This document shows, in pieces, positions 44,685 to 58,300 of a stretch of 64,000 bases of DNA. Positions within the stretch are counted from its first letter, which is position 1; every line of letters starts with the position of its first letter. The notes under the pieces are model-generated. The model had not been told where the DNA came from. It made no database searches and worked only from the letters and a program-made list of their open reading frames with translations. Both the position numbers and the translations under genes were made by a program. This DNA is from Octopus sinensis (Eukaryota), in assembly GCF_006345805.1 (NCBI RefSeq), contig NC_043021.1, positions 18,538,001 to 18,602,000 of the forward strand, written 5' to 3'.

Positions 44685-44715
<31 letters not shown>

Positions 44716-44788
44716 TTGTCCCCCACCACCATCACTTGCCAACCGATGTTGGTATGTTTATGTCCTCATAACTTAGCGGTTCAGCTAA

Positions 44789-44822
<34 letters not shown>

Positions 44823-46497
44823 GTGTGTGTGTGTCTGCGTTTGCCTCCCACATCATCGCTTAACTGGTGTTGGTGTGTTTACATCCCTGTAGCTTAGCAG
44901 TTTGACTGATGGAATAAGCACTAGGCTTACAAAGAAAAAGTCCTGGGGTGGATTTCTTTGACTAAAAACTCTTCAAAGCAGTGCTCCAGCATGGCCGCAG
45001 CCAAATGACTGAAACAAATAAAAGAATGCACACACATTCTTCTACGAGAATCTGCTTACAGTTTCTGCCTACCAAATCCACTCACAAGGAGTAAGGCATT
45101 GATTGTCCTGGGGCACGATAGTAAAAGACACTTGTCCAAGGTGCCGCACAGTGGGACTGAACCCTAGACGATGTAGTTGCAAGGCAAACTGCTTAACCGC
45201 ACACCCATGCCCTCCCCCATGCTTGGGTTAGTGTAACAGCCAAGGCATTCATCAAAAGAGGTGTCCTGTGACACAGAGGCCTGACTGTGTTACAAGTCAC
45301 AGATAGTTAACAAGGATCATTAATTATGTGTCAAATATACTGAAAAGGTGGCGAGCTGGCAGAACCGTTAGCACGCCGGGCGAAATGCGTAGCCGTATTT
45401 CGTCTGCCGTTACGTTCTGAGTTCAAATTCCGCCAAGGTCGACTTTGCCTTTCACCCTTTCGGGATCAATAAATTAAGTACTAGTTACGCACTGGGGTCG
45501 ATATAATCGGCTTAATCCGTTTGTCTGTCCTTGTTTGTCCCCTCTCTGTTTAACCCCTTGTGGGTAGTAAAGAAATATATATTATGTACATTCATAAATC
45601 CAGGTCTTTTGGCCATATATTTACCTGTATGATTTTTGACCATACTCAAAAGCTACCACTATTATAGTGATTGTTTCTGTCTACAGGCCCCACATTCAAG
45701 TTATGTCTATTTCCAGAGCTTTGTTGCTCAAGAATTTCTCCATTTCTTTTACAGAAACACTGCCATCTGTTGGGACTGATACATCACTTTTTCAAATTTA
45801 GCCCCTTGTGGGTAGTAAAGAAATACATGTACTGAACTAGATTGTGGTCAGTTGTCACCCATCACAGGAAACCCCCCTCAACCCCCCCAGCAACTACCCT
45901 CGTTATTTGGTGCAAACGATGGAATGAAACTTACCGAAACCGTTCTCGTACAAGAGGTGAATATAAAGAACATGCTCGACCATTAGCAGGAATACTTGGT
46001 GATGGTTTTGTAGGAGATACGAAGATATCCGTGTTGGATAGGGTCCATGGATGGTGTACTGGAAATAGAAACAAAGGCGACATGTGGGTGAAGCTACATT
46101 AGGATTGCACCACGTGAACATGTAGGCTTGTCCCCATGTGGCAGACAGTCAAGACAGCTTCAGGTAAGGAGACTCACGAGCAAACGAAAGGAAGAAAATC
46201 TAAAACTAAAGACAGCACCAGGTGTTTATATTGCCTTAGACTGTGTGTACATATACGTGAGTATACATACATGTATATAATTTCATTACTCTCTACTTGT
46301 TTCAGTCATTTGACTGCGGCCATGCTGGAGCACCGCCTTTAGTCGAGCAAATCGACCCCGGGACTTATTCTTTGTAAGCCCAGTACTTATTCTATCGGTC
46401 TCTTTTGCCGAACCGCTAAGTGACGGGGACGTAAACACACCAGCATCGGTTGTCAAGCAATGCTAGGGGGACAAACACAAACACACACATATATATA

Positions 46498-46530
<33 letters not shown>

Positions 46531-49500
46531 CATACATACATATATACGACAGGCTTCTTTCAGTTTCCGTCTACCAAATCCACTCACAAGGCATTGGTTG
46601 GCCCGGGGCTATAGCAAAAGACACTTGCCCAAGATGCCACGTAGTGGGACTGAACCCGGAACCATGTGGTTGGTTAGCAAGCTACTTACCACACAGCCAC
46701 TCCTGCGCCTAGGTAATATTTTAATAAGGAAAAGCAATAGAAAACTCCAGCTAAGGCACAAGTATTTACTCACAATCAACTTTTATTTCCTGTCTTACGA
46801 GAGTTCTATGTGGCCACCACTTGCAGCACGGGTGACATCAATGCGATGAGAGACTTCCTCCCAGACATGTATCAGCATATCATGATCCACTGAGTTGATC
46901 GCTGTTTAAGGTCAGAGCACCCACATGAAACAGTTGAGCATGTAAGAGATTCTCCTAAGGTGAACGTCTCAAGACAAGGTTTATGGTCCCTTTTTCTTTG
47001 AAGGAAACACCGTTACAGGACAGACCTACCTCAATATGCTCCAAACCTGGCTCTTCACTTCATTCATCATCATCATCATTGTTTAACGTCCGTTCTCCAT
47101 GCTAGCATGGGTTGGACGGTTCGACCGGGGATCTGGGAAGCCAGAAGGCTGCACCAGGCTCCGGTCTGATCTGGCAGTGTTTCTGCAGCTGGATGCCCTT
47201 CCTAACACCAACCACTCCATTTGAAAGCAGATTTGCAGGACTTCATTTTTCAACAAGATGGAACACTGCCCCATTGGCATCTGATGGTTCGAGCCATTTT
47301 GAATGCAAAAGTGCCCCAGCAATGGATTGGTCAGAAAGAGGCCCCAAGGCCTTGCTCTTTGCGCTTGGCCTGCGAGATCCCCAGACCTCACCATGGGATT
47401 TTTTCCTTATGGGGATATGTAAAAGATTGGGTTTATGTTCCATCACTACCCACTAACCTCGGTGACCTTAAACAAATAACAACAGCGATCAACTCAGTGG
47501 ATCGTGATATGGTGATACGCGTCTGGGGGGAATTCTCTTATTGCACTGACACTGCCTGTGCGGCAGGTGGTGGCCACTTTAACCCTGAAGACAGGAAATA
47601 AAAGTTGATTGTGAGTAAATACTTGTGACTGGAGTTTTCTATTGCTTTTCCTTATTAAAATATTGCGTGATAAAATTGGTTCATTCTTTTTAAAAACCCT
47701 GTTTATATATGACTGGCTTCTGTGCCGGTGGCACATAAAAAGCACCATGCGAGCGTGGCCAATGCCAGCGCCGCCTTGACTGGCTTCCGTGCTGGTGGCA
47801 CGTTAAAAGCACCAACTGATCGTGGCCGCAGCCAGACTCCCCTGGCACCTGTGCCGGTGGCACGTAAAAAGCACCCACTACACTCGCGGAGTGGTTGGCA
47901 TTAGGAAGGGCATCCAGCTGTAGAAACACTGCCAGATCATACTGGAGCCTGGTGCAGCCTCCTGGCTTCCCAGACCCCAGTCGGACCGTCCAACCCGTGC
48001 TAGCGCGGAAAACGGACATTTAAACGATGATTTTATATTTATATATATATATATATATATATATAACATCACCATCATTGTTTAACGTCCACTCTCCTTG
48101 CTGGCATGGGTTGGACAATTTGACATGGAGCTATTCAGACTCTACTCGTCTGTTATGGCTGGGTTTCTCTGGCTGGATGCCCTTCCTAATGCAAACCCCT
48201 TAATCTGTGCTGGATGCTTAATTTGGTTCTCAGTCTTCTTCCTGCAACTTCTCTCATGCATGATCCTTCCTAGATTTGATAAACAAGTTCTGATGCAAAT
48301 TCTGCATAGACATAAACACGCACACACACACACATCATTAGTTTTACATTCACTTTTCCATGCCTGCATGGATCAGATGGAATTCATTGAGGCAGGTTTC
48401 CAACAGCTGGGTGCTCTTCCTGCCACCAACTCTCACCTGTTCCCAAGCAAGGTAATATTTTCTCCCAAGGACAGAAAATTAGAAATATACGTGCTCCTTA
48501 TTGTTTCTGCTCACCAAATCCTTTCACAAGGCTTTGGTCAGCCGAGATCTATAACAGAAAACACCTGCCCAAGGGGCCACAAGTGGGGCTGAACCTGAAA
48601 GCCCTGTGGTTTCACAGCCATACACATACGTATAGTAAACTACTCAAAGACACACAGACAGACAATGAAGACAGTCATGATGACATTCATCCCTGGAAGT
48701 TGCAGGGAGTCAGAGACAGGCATTACAGCCACACAGCCACATACGTAGAGAGAGCGGTGTTGTAGTTAAGTTATGTAGCTTACCTTGATGGGGAGTTTGT
48801 AATGTTTACAGTCGACGACATGTTGTTGAAATAATTGCTTAAGGTCTCTCAAAACATGCACCATTGGTCTCTTACTAACAGCACTGGTACCATTCTGTGT
48901 AGTAGTAGCACTACTGTCAGGCTGACGACCCAAGTAGATCGCTGCTATCAACGTACGCAGCAGGTAACTGTGTAATTTCAGCCAGGCTTTCTGTAACCGA
49001 GGGAGAGAGAGAGAGAGAGACAATGAGTGAGTGAGAGAGAGAGAGAGAGAGACAATGAGTGGGTGAGAGAGAGAGAGACACACACAGGTAAGGTGGGGGT
49101 AGGGGGAATGGGGTGGAGTTCAGACAGAGATTGGGGTAGGAGGGAACATGGGACAAAGTGGACTGAATGGTTCCGAAATGAAGAAGACAGGGATCAGTTG
49201 AAAGAAGCTTGTCAGGGTCAGAAAGGGATTAACTGAAATAAAAAAAAAAAGGTTAGGGTAGAAAGTTACAGTAAGGAGACAGGGTGGGAATGGGTGTTAG
49301 TAAAGGAGTAGATGAATGTAGAGGTTTAGGGATTCAACTGACTTAAGATTATTATGTTAATTCCCCTCCTGATACTGGGGCCAAAATTAATAGACAAACT
49401 GAATTAAGGTTCCTTACCTCCTCCATAAAAGACCTCTCTTGTAGTTCTTTCAATGTCTGTCTGAAGGATAAATAAATAGGCACAATGTTAGGGATGGAGC

Positions 49501-51159
49501 AAAAGTCACCATTGTCATTATCACATCATCAATCTTCAATCATTACCATCACCATCAATCACTCATCCTCATTAGGGAGCCTTCATATGGCTATTTGACC
49601 AGTTCACCAGTCTTTAATAATAATTTTCCTAATTTTGACATAAGGCCAGTAAGTTTAAGAGAGAGAGCAGGCTAGTTTGGTTACACTGACCCCACAAAAG
49701 GATGAAATGGCAATATCAACATCTGCAGCATTTGGACCCAGAACATAAAACTGGAAGAAACCACACCAAATGTTTTCTCCGATGTGTTCAGAATTCTGCT
49801 TTAATAACTGTTGCATAAAGTCAGAAACTTTATTGACCCCGGACAGATTTAATTAGAATTTTCTTCAGGTCAAGTAGTCCATCTCTCTCAAAAGGTCCAT
49901 GAATAAGGGTTGTTTAAGGATGTTGAACGAACCACCCATGTTTCCAGAAGTGAATTATTCAAACTCCAAAGAATCCCTCTCAACACATGGCCATGATGCT
50001 CCCCCACTACTTCTGCTCGTGATCAGAGATGCACATATCATCAGCCACTAAGGGACAAGATCATCTGGTTACGGTCAAACAACTGACAAGCAAATCTGTG
50101 GTATTGAGCAGAATATTTGCTGTAGCCCATCTTTTATACCAAGACAAAACAATGTACATGATAACACATCCAATCAGTTAAGATCAGAAGCCATGAGAGC
50201 CACTGCCTGGTACTGCATCAGGGCATAGATTATTATTATTATTATTATTATTGTTAGAACACCAGACAAAATGCTGAGCTACATTTTGCACATCTTACAT
50301 TCTGAGATCAACTTTGCCATTTATCCTTTCAGGGTTGATTAAATAAGTACCAGTCACGTACTGGGGTTAATGTAATCGACTGCCCTCTCCTGCCAAAAAA
50401 ACTGTTGGCTTTGTATCAAAATCAGAAACAATTAGCACAATCATCGTTTTTTTTATTATTCAGTTGCCTGTCTCCATTCATCATCATCATTTAACGTCCG
50501 TTTTCTGCGCTAGCACAGGTTGGACGGTTCAACCGGGATCCGGGAAGCCAGGGGCTGCACCAGGCTCCAGTCTGATCTGGCAGTAATTCTACAGCTGGAT
50601 GCCCTTCCTAACGCCAACCAATCCTTGAGTGTAGTGGGTGCTTTTTACGTGCCACCAGCACAGGTGCCAGGGGAGTCTGGCATCGGCCACGATCGGATGG
50701 TACTTTTAACGTGCCACCGGCACGGAAGCCAGCCAAGGCGGCGCTGGCATCGGCCACGTTCGGATGGTGCTTTTTATGTGCCACCGGCACAGAAGCCAGA
50801 TTCAAATTCTCCTGCTGGAGTCCATTCGTAAGCCGCCGCCACTACCACGTCACATCTTACCCTGGGTTCTATTAAATGATGATGCTGATGATGATAAGCA
50901 AGATCAACAAACATTAAGTGTTATGTTTACAACACACAGATTTTCACATCATCATTTAACATCCGTTGTCCATTCTTTATATGGTGTGACCAGATCTGGC
51001 AAGCTGGGGGCTCCACACCAGACCCCAGACTGACTTGGCATAGTGTCTACGGTTGGATGCCCTTCCTTATGCCAAGCCCTGCAGAAGAACTCAGATGGTT
51101 GGGTCTCCAACCAGGCTTTTCATGACACCCTTAAAGCCAGGAACTTAGCATCCCCTCAT

Positions 51160-51195
<36 letters not shown>

Positions 51196-52302
51196 GGAGG
51201 CAAGCTGGCAGAAACGTTAGCGCGCCGGGCGAAATGCTTAGCGGTATTTCGTCTGTCGTTACTTTCTGAGTTCAAATTCCGCCGAGGTTGACTTTGCCTT
51301 TCATCCTCTCGGGGTTGATAAAGAAAGTACCAGTTTCGCACTGGGGTCGATGTAATCGACTTAATCCGTTTTTTCTGTCCTTGTTTGTCCCCTCTATATT
51401 TAGCCCCTTGTGGGTAGTAAAGATATATATATATATATATATATGGAGAGAGAGAGAGAGAGATACAGCACTACCAGAAGAAAGTGACAAATATTTATCC
51501 ATCTGAAGTGTCTCAATTGTTTAGAAATGTCCACACATACACAGACATATACAAACAAAGAGTGATGTAGGTAGACATGACAACATGACACAACACTGCC
51601 AGAAGAGAGGTCAAGCTGAGACCCAATCTGGAAGGTCCCGGTTACTACACACACACACACACACACACAGCAATGAGGTGACACTCACCCATCTGGAGGG
51701 TCCCAATTACTAAGTAACGTGAAATCTCTGTTGTCCTGTAAATCTTTCTCTCCTTTCGTCCGATCTGGAAATATTAAGAAAAAAAGGTCAGTGATGTATG
51801 GTTTGTGTTTTGAGAAAAAAAAGAGCTTGCTGTTCACATACACACATAAGTATTTACATGTGTATGTGTGTATATATACGTATATACACACCCCAAACAC
51901 TCATATATATATGTATATATACAGATAGTTTTACTTGTTTCAGTCATTTGACTTAGCCATGCTGGAGCAAACTTAAAGGGTTTTAGTCAAAGAAATCAAC
52001 CCCAGGACATTCTTTGTAAGCCTAGCACTTACTCTATTGGTTTCTTTTGCCGAACTGCTAAATTACAGGAACATAAACCCACCAACATTGGTTGTAAGAC
52101 AGACACACACGCAAATATATATATATGTATACACACACGACAGGCTTCTCTCAGTTACCTTCTACCAAATCCATTCACAAAGCTTTGGTTAGCCCAAGGC
52201 TATAGTAGAAGACACTTGCCCAAGGTGCCGTGCAGTGGTATTGAACCCAGAACCATGTGGTTGGGAACCAAGCTTCTTACTACACAGCCATGCCTGCACC
52301 TG

Positions 52303-52351
<49 letters not shown>

Positions 52352-55300
52352 GGAGGCACAATGGCCCAGTGGTTAGGACAGCGAACTCACGGTTGTAGGA
52401 TTGCGGTTTCGATTCCCAGACCGGGCGTTGTGAGTGTTTATTGAGCGAAAACACCTAAAGTTCCACAAGGCTCCAGCAGGGGGTGGTGCCGATCCCTGCT
52501 GTACTCTTTCGCCACAACTTTCTCTCACTCTTTCTTCTGTTGGCCTGCTCGCTTAGCCATCAGGGTGCCGTCATTTGGAGGCTAAAACAATGCGAAGCGC
52601 ATTGTGACCAGCGATGTGTAGCAACATCTGATAGCCTGGTCGGTCAAGGTGATATATATATACAGGTATACAGGATGATCAATTCACAGAAATGGTATCA
52701 CTGGAACCCTTTTCGTGACCAACACCTCCAAATATAACAGAACTATTTCAACAGAGTATGTATTCCTAGGACTACACTATCTAACAGGTCGTTCTGTTTC
52801 CAACATCAGTAGAGTGTAACTCAAGAGAAACTAGCTGCTATTTCCAGCTTGTCAAACTACATAGCTGCTGTCTTGTTCTTCTTGTGTGGGTTGGTTATAC
52901 CCCAACAATAATCTCAGTCAGTTGAATCCTTTTGCTTCCCCTTTCTCTTTCAACCATTTTAACCGTCCCCTTCCTATTTGACACCTCTCCCTTAAATCTT
53001 TCACCCCCGTCCCTCCCTCCCTCTCTAAACCTCTACATTTATCTACTCCTTTACTAACACCCCTTCCCACCCTGTCTCCTTACTGTAACCTTCTACCCTA
53101 ACCTTTTTTTTTTTTAATTTCAGTTGATCCCTTTCTAACCCCAACAAACTTCTGTCAACTGATCCCTGTCTTCATTTCGGAACCATTCAGTCCACTTTGT
53201 CCCATGTTCCCTCCCACCCGAATCTCTGTCTGAACTCCACCCCATTCCCCCACCTTACCTGTGAGTCTCTCTCTCTCTCACCCACTCATTGAGGTTCAGC
53301 ACTTTCAACTCACCCATCCTCACTATTTCATGTACCGTCCACCAATATCACAGCATTCATCCACCCCACCCACCCGACGTTTGTCCATACCATCACAATC
53401 TTCTTTCTTGCATCTATGAGTTTCTTTAATTTTACATTAAAATTTGCTAATTAGGCGCAGGCGTGACTGTGGTGGTAAGAGGCTTGCTTCCCAACCACAT
53501 GGTTCCAGGTTCAGTACTACTGCATTGCACCCTGGGCAAGTATCTTTTTGTATAGCCTCAGCCTGACCAAATCCTTGTGAGTGGATTTGGTAGATGGAAA
53601 CTGAAAGAAGCCCACATTATATATATATATGTGTATGTATATATTTGTATGTGGGTTTGTCTCTGCCACCATCGTTTGACAACTGATGTTGGTGTGTTTA
53701 TGTCCCTCTAACCTAGCAGTTCAGCAAAAGAGACTGATAGAATAAGTACTAGGCTTACAAAGAATAAGTCCTGGGGTCGATTTCTTTGACTAAAGGCAGT
53801 GCTCCAGCATGGCCGCAGTCAAATGACTGAAACAAGTAAAAGAATAAAAGAAAATCGTAGTCTTTAGTGATGGACTTGCAAAGGAGATAATCCCAGCTTC
53901 ACTATAATTCTGTGAGAGAGTGACGAGGGAGTTTCAGTAATTCATGGCAGAACAAATATCACAGGAAAGCTTGAATTTGCATTTTGATAATATTATTTGG
54001 TAAAAGATTTACATGGAGAGGATTAAGACAGGATTAAGCTTCAGCACAGTCTTCAGTTAGTAAATGTCATTGACAGGACATTGGTCAACACAAAGTTATG
54101 GGTTTATTTGAATAGACAGGAGTCCATCCAGGGTACTTGGAGACTGGAGAGGAACGAGGTGAGTGGGGGTTGTTGGTTGGGTGGCTGATGTGGGTGAGAG
54201 ATAAAGAGGTGGAGGGAGGGAGAGGAGAAGCAAAGAACAACTCACCAACGTCTGGATCAATTGCCATATTCGTTAACATCATTTCTGTACTGTTGTGGCT
54301 GGAACAAAGACAGGACATTCTGAGTAATGTTTGGTGTTTGGTGCACACAAAGACAGGAACAGAACCAGCTAAATACAAGCCAAACAACAACTCAAACACC
54401 CAGACACACTTCCACACACATTTAGCTATCATCCTGTATGAATCATCATCATCATCGTTTAGCGTCCGCTTTCCATGCTGGCACGGGTTGGACGGTTCAA
54501 CTGGGTCTGGGAAGCCAGAAGGCTGTACCAGGCCCAGTCTGATCTGGCAATGTTTCTATGGTTGGATGCCCTTCCTAATGCCAACCACTCCATGAGTGTA
54601 GTGGGTGCTTTTTACATGCCAGACGAGGCTGGCAACGGCCACGATCGGATGGTGCTTTTTACGTGCCACTGGCATGGAGGCAGTCGGGGCGGCGCTGGCA
54701 ATGGCCATGTTCAGATGGTTCTCTTATGTGCCACCGGCACTGGTATCACAGCTACGATTTCCATTAATGTTGATCGATTTTGATTTTCACTTGCCTCAAC
54801 AGGTCTTCACAAGTAGAGTTTTGTGTCCCAAGAAGGAAAGGTATGCATAAGTGGACTGAGGCCACGGGTTATGGCCTCACTTGTCCTGCCGGGTCTTCTC
54901 ACACACAGCATACTTCCAAAGGTCTCGCACATCCTGAAATCTGTCCTCACTGTTTCTTAATAGAACATAGTTACTGTCTATTGACAATAATACATTCATA
55001 TGAAGTGGTCATGGCTGGACACTTCATCAGTCTCCCAACTCAACATCTAGCCCTTGGGTGTCTTTAGTGGAGGCCACTATGTTACCAGTCTCCATGTGTT
55101 CTTCCTCTCATCAAGTAACATGCATCATTCCCCTGTACACACAGCAAACATCTATCTCCTGTCTGCATCAGTTCATATATACACACTGCAGATGGCTCTT
55201 TCCTGTATACAACAATCAATATATATATACACACACCACATGCATCACTCTCCTATATACACCAATTGACATATACACACTGTAGACATCTCTCTGCCGT

Positions 55301-58300
55301 ATACATCAGTCGACGCCTTCAATATTCCACTACACCCTCTCTCACGTGCTAACATTACGGCACACCTCATTCCCGTCCAATCACCACAACCATTCCAGCA
55401 TCTTAACCGCCTCCCTCTTCTGACACTCAGCTCAAAGACTCTAGTCTTTCACAACCAAAATCAATTTTAAAAAGCAGTAACACCACCCCCCATTCCTCAC
55501 ACAATGGAAAAAGTGTACTGACTTGCAGGTCTCCAGCACCAAGTCTAATAACAAACTCTCTTCGATGGCTGAAGCGTACTGCAAGGAATTCTGAAGTCGC
55601 TCTCGGAACTGGACAAACTCGTGGATCTGAGGAAGATACGAAGAGAAATGGAAGAACAAAATAAACAAATTACGGAGATGTACTTGCATAGCAAGTGATT
55701 TGATCTGAGATCATGTGCTGAAACGAAAACAATTGCAGTGTGGAAGGTGTTTCTAAGCCATTTAAGAAACGCACAAAAGCCATTCAATTCACTTCGATTC
55801 AGTTTAATTTGTCAAAATATTTTCGTCGCTTTAAGACCGCGACCTGTTCGCTGACAAAAATCCGTGCTGCGGATAAACAAAACACAACTGGAACTGGACA
55901 AATATTTGAGAGAAAACACCAAAGAGAGAATCATTAAACCTTTTGGCATTTAAACCGACCATGTCCGGCTCATGTAGTCTACATGTTTCTATGTTCAAAC
56001 CTGACAGATCTGGTCTCTTACACTTACCCTACAATGTCATTCTAAAAATAATCACATCACCGAAATCTCAAAGCCACAAGATAAGGCAATTAATTAAAGA
56101 CAATGTCAATAAATGAGCATTAGATTTGAGATAGTGATCTGAACGCTAACGAGTTAAAGGTGGAAGGATCGTGTATTTTTAGGGAGTTGAGAAGGAACAG
56201 AATATCATCATCATCATCAAATGCCTGTTTTTCCATGCTGGCATGGGTTGGATGGTTTGACATGGTGCTGGCAAGGCCGGAGAGCTGTACCAGGCGCCGA
56301 TTGTCTGCTTTGGCTTCGTTTGTACCCCTAGATGCCTTCCACAACACCAACCACTTTTTTTACAGAGCGTACTGGGTGCTTTTTACATGGCACCAGCACC
56401 AATGGGAGGGGGGAACCAAACAAACACAAGGAATTATTGATTTTGATGGTCACAGCCTGTGTCTTTTGATGTGAGTGTGTGTGTGTGTGTGAAGTGAGGT
56501 GTTTTCGTTGTACTGGTAGGAGATCTGTGGCAATTGGAGAAGGGCGAAATTTCACTCTGATCTGGTGGATGTCCAACATTAATTTATCATTTAAGCAACT
56601 GACAGTATTGGATATACTGGTGGAGGTGGTGGTGGTGGGTCTGTTGTACACAGGTAATGAGATTGGGTCATACAATGATAGAGTGTAGTGGGTGCTTTTA
56701 CATGCCAACAGCATGGGGGCTAGTCAGGCGGTATGAATCAATTATCAGGTTAACCCTACATAGGACCTCCATGGAGTGTTATCGAGTATTTTATATTGGA
56801 TGCTTCCATAGGCCCTTTACAACATTCACAGTCAATAATATGTGATAGTCTATACACTGAAGGGGCCAGAAAACCAACAGAGATGTCTAAAGATTAATTA
56901 ATATCAGAGGTAGAATGGAAAAGATGAAAACAGAATGTCTTAAAATGTAGGGATCAATTTGTGGGTCCTCAGTAGATGCATGTTCCCATCACTGTTACAT
57001 GTTGTATTCTGAAAAACAAAAGAGACAGGGTTTACAAAATAGGATCAAAGGTGAACCTACCTTAATAAACGTTCCATACTTATACGAAGGGATGAGGTAT
57101 TCGGTGATCTGAAGGAATAACCAGAAAACAATTTGATGCTAGTTTGCGTTGTTTCATTAAAGACATTTTTCAAGATTTTCGTACAACTTTCTGGCAGAAA
57201 CAGTAAAAACATGGTGGCAACTTTGTGTTTCCATACAAAATGAATGGGAAAAAAAAAACCCTTGATAAACAGATGGAAACTATAAAGTATTTGTGTTGTT
57301 GTCAATGCAATATGTCAAAAGAAAAGCTGTTTGTCATAAGTGTGTAGAAAGTAATATAAACATGTTTATATTACTTTCAGGAGTGGCTGTGTGGTAAGTA
57401 GCTTGTTTACCAACCACATGGTTCCAGGTTCAGTCCCACTGCGTGACACCTTGGGCAAGTGTCTTCTACTATAGCCTCGGGCCGACCAAAGCCTTGTGAG
57501 TGGATTTGGTAGACGGAAACTGAAAGAAGCCTGTCATATATATGTATATATGCACGTGTGTGTTTGTGTTTGTCCCCCTAGCATTGCTTGACAACCGATG
57601 CTGGTGTGTGTTTACGTCCCCGTCACTTAACGGTTCGGCAAAAGAGGCTGATAGAATAAGTACTGGGTTTACAAAGAATAAGTCGTGGGGTCGAGTTGCT
57701 CGATTAAAGGTGGTGCTCCAGCATGGCCGCAGTCAAATGACTGAAACAAGTAAAAGAGTAAAAGAGAGTATGTTTAACATTACCTTTTTTCAATGGTAAT
57801 GTTTTCCATATATAAAATGGCTTGCCAAATAAAATTGCACTTCATCTTTAAAGCTCTGTTGAAGAAATAGTCATTTGACTATGGCCATGCTGGAGCACCG
57901 ATGTGTGCGCGTGTATCATCATCATCATCATTGTTTAAAGTCCGTTCTCCATGCTAGCATGGGTTGGACGGCTTGACCGGGGATCTGGGAAGCCAGAAGG
58001 CTGAACCAGGCTTCAGTCTGATCTGGCAGTGTTTCTGCAGCTGGATGCCCTTCCTAACGCCAACCACTCCGTGAGTGTAGTGGGTGCCTTTTACGTGCCA
58101 CCGGCACAGAAGCCACTCGAGGCGGCACTGGCATCGGCCACGATTCGGATGGTGCTTTTTACGTGCCACCGGCATGGAAGTCAGTCGAGGCTATGCTGGC
58201 ATCGGCCACGATTCGGATAGCGCTTTTTACGTGCCACCGGCATGGAAGCCAGTTGAGGTGACGCTGGCATTGGCCACGATTCGGATAGCGCTTTTTACGT

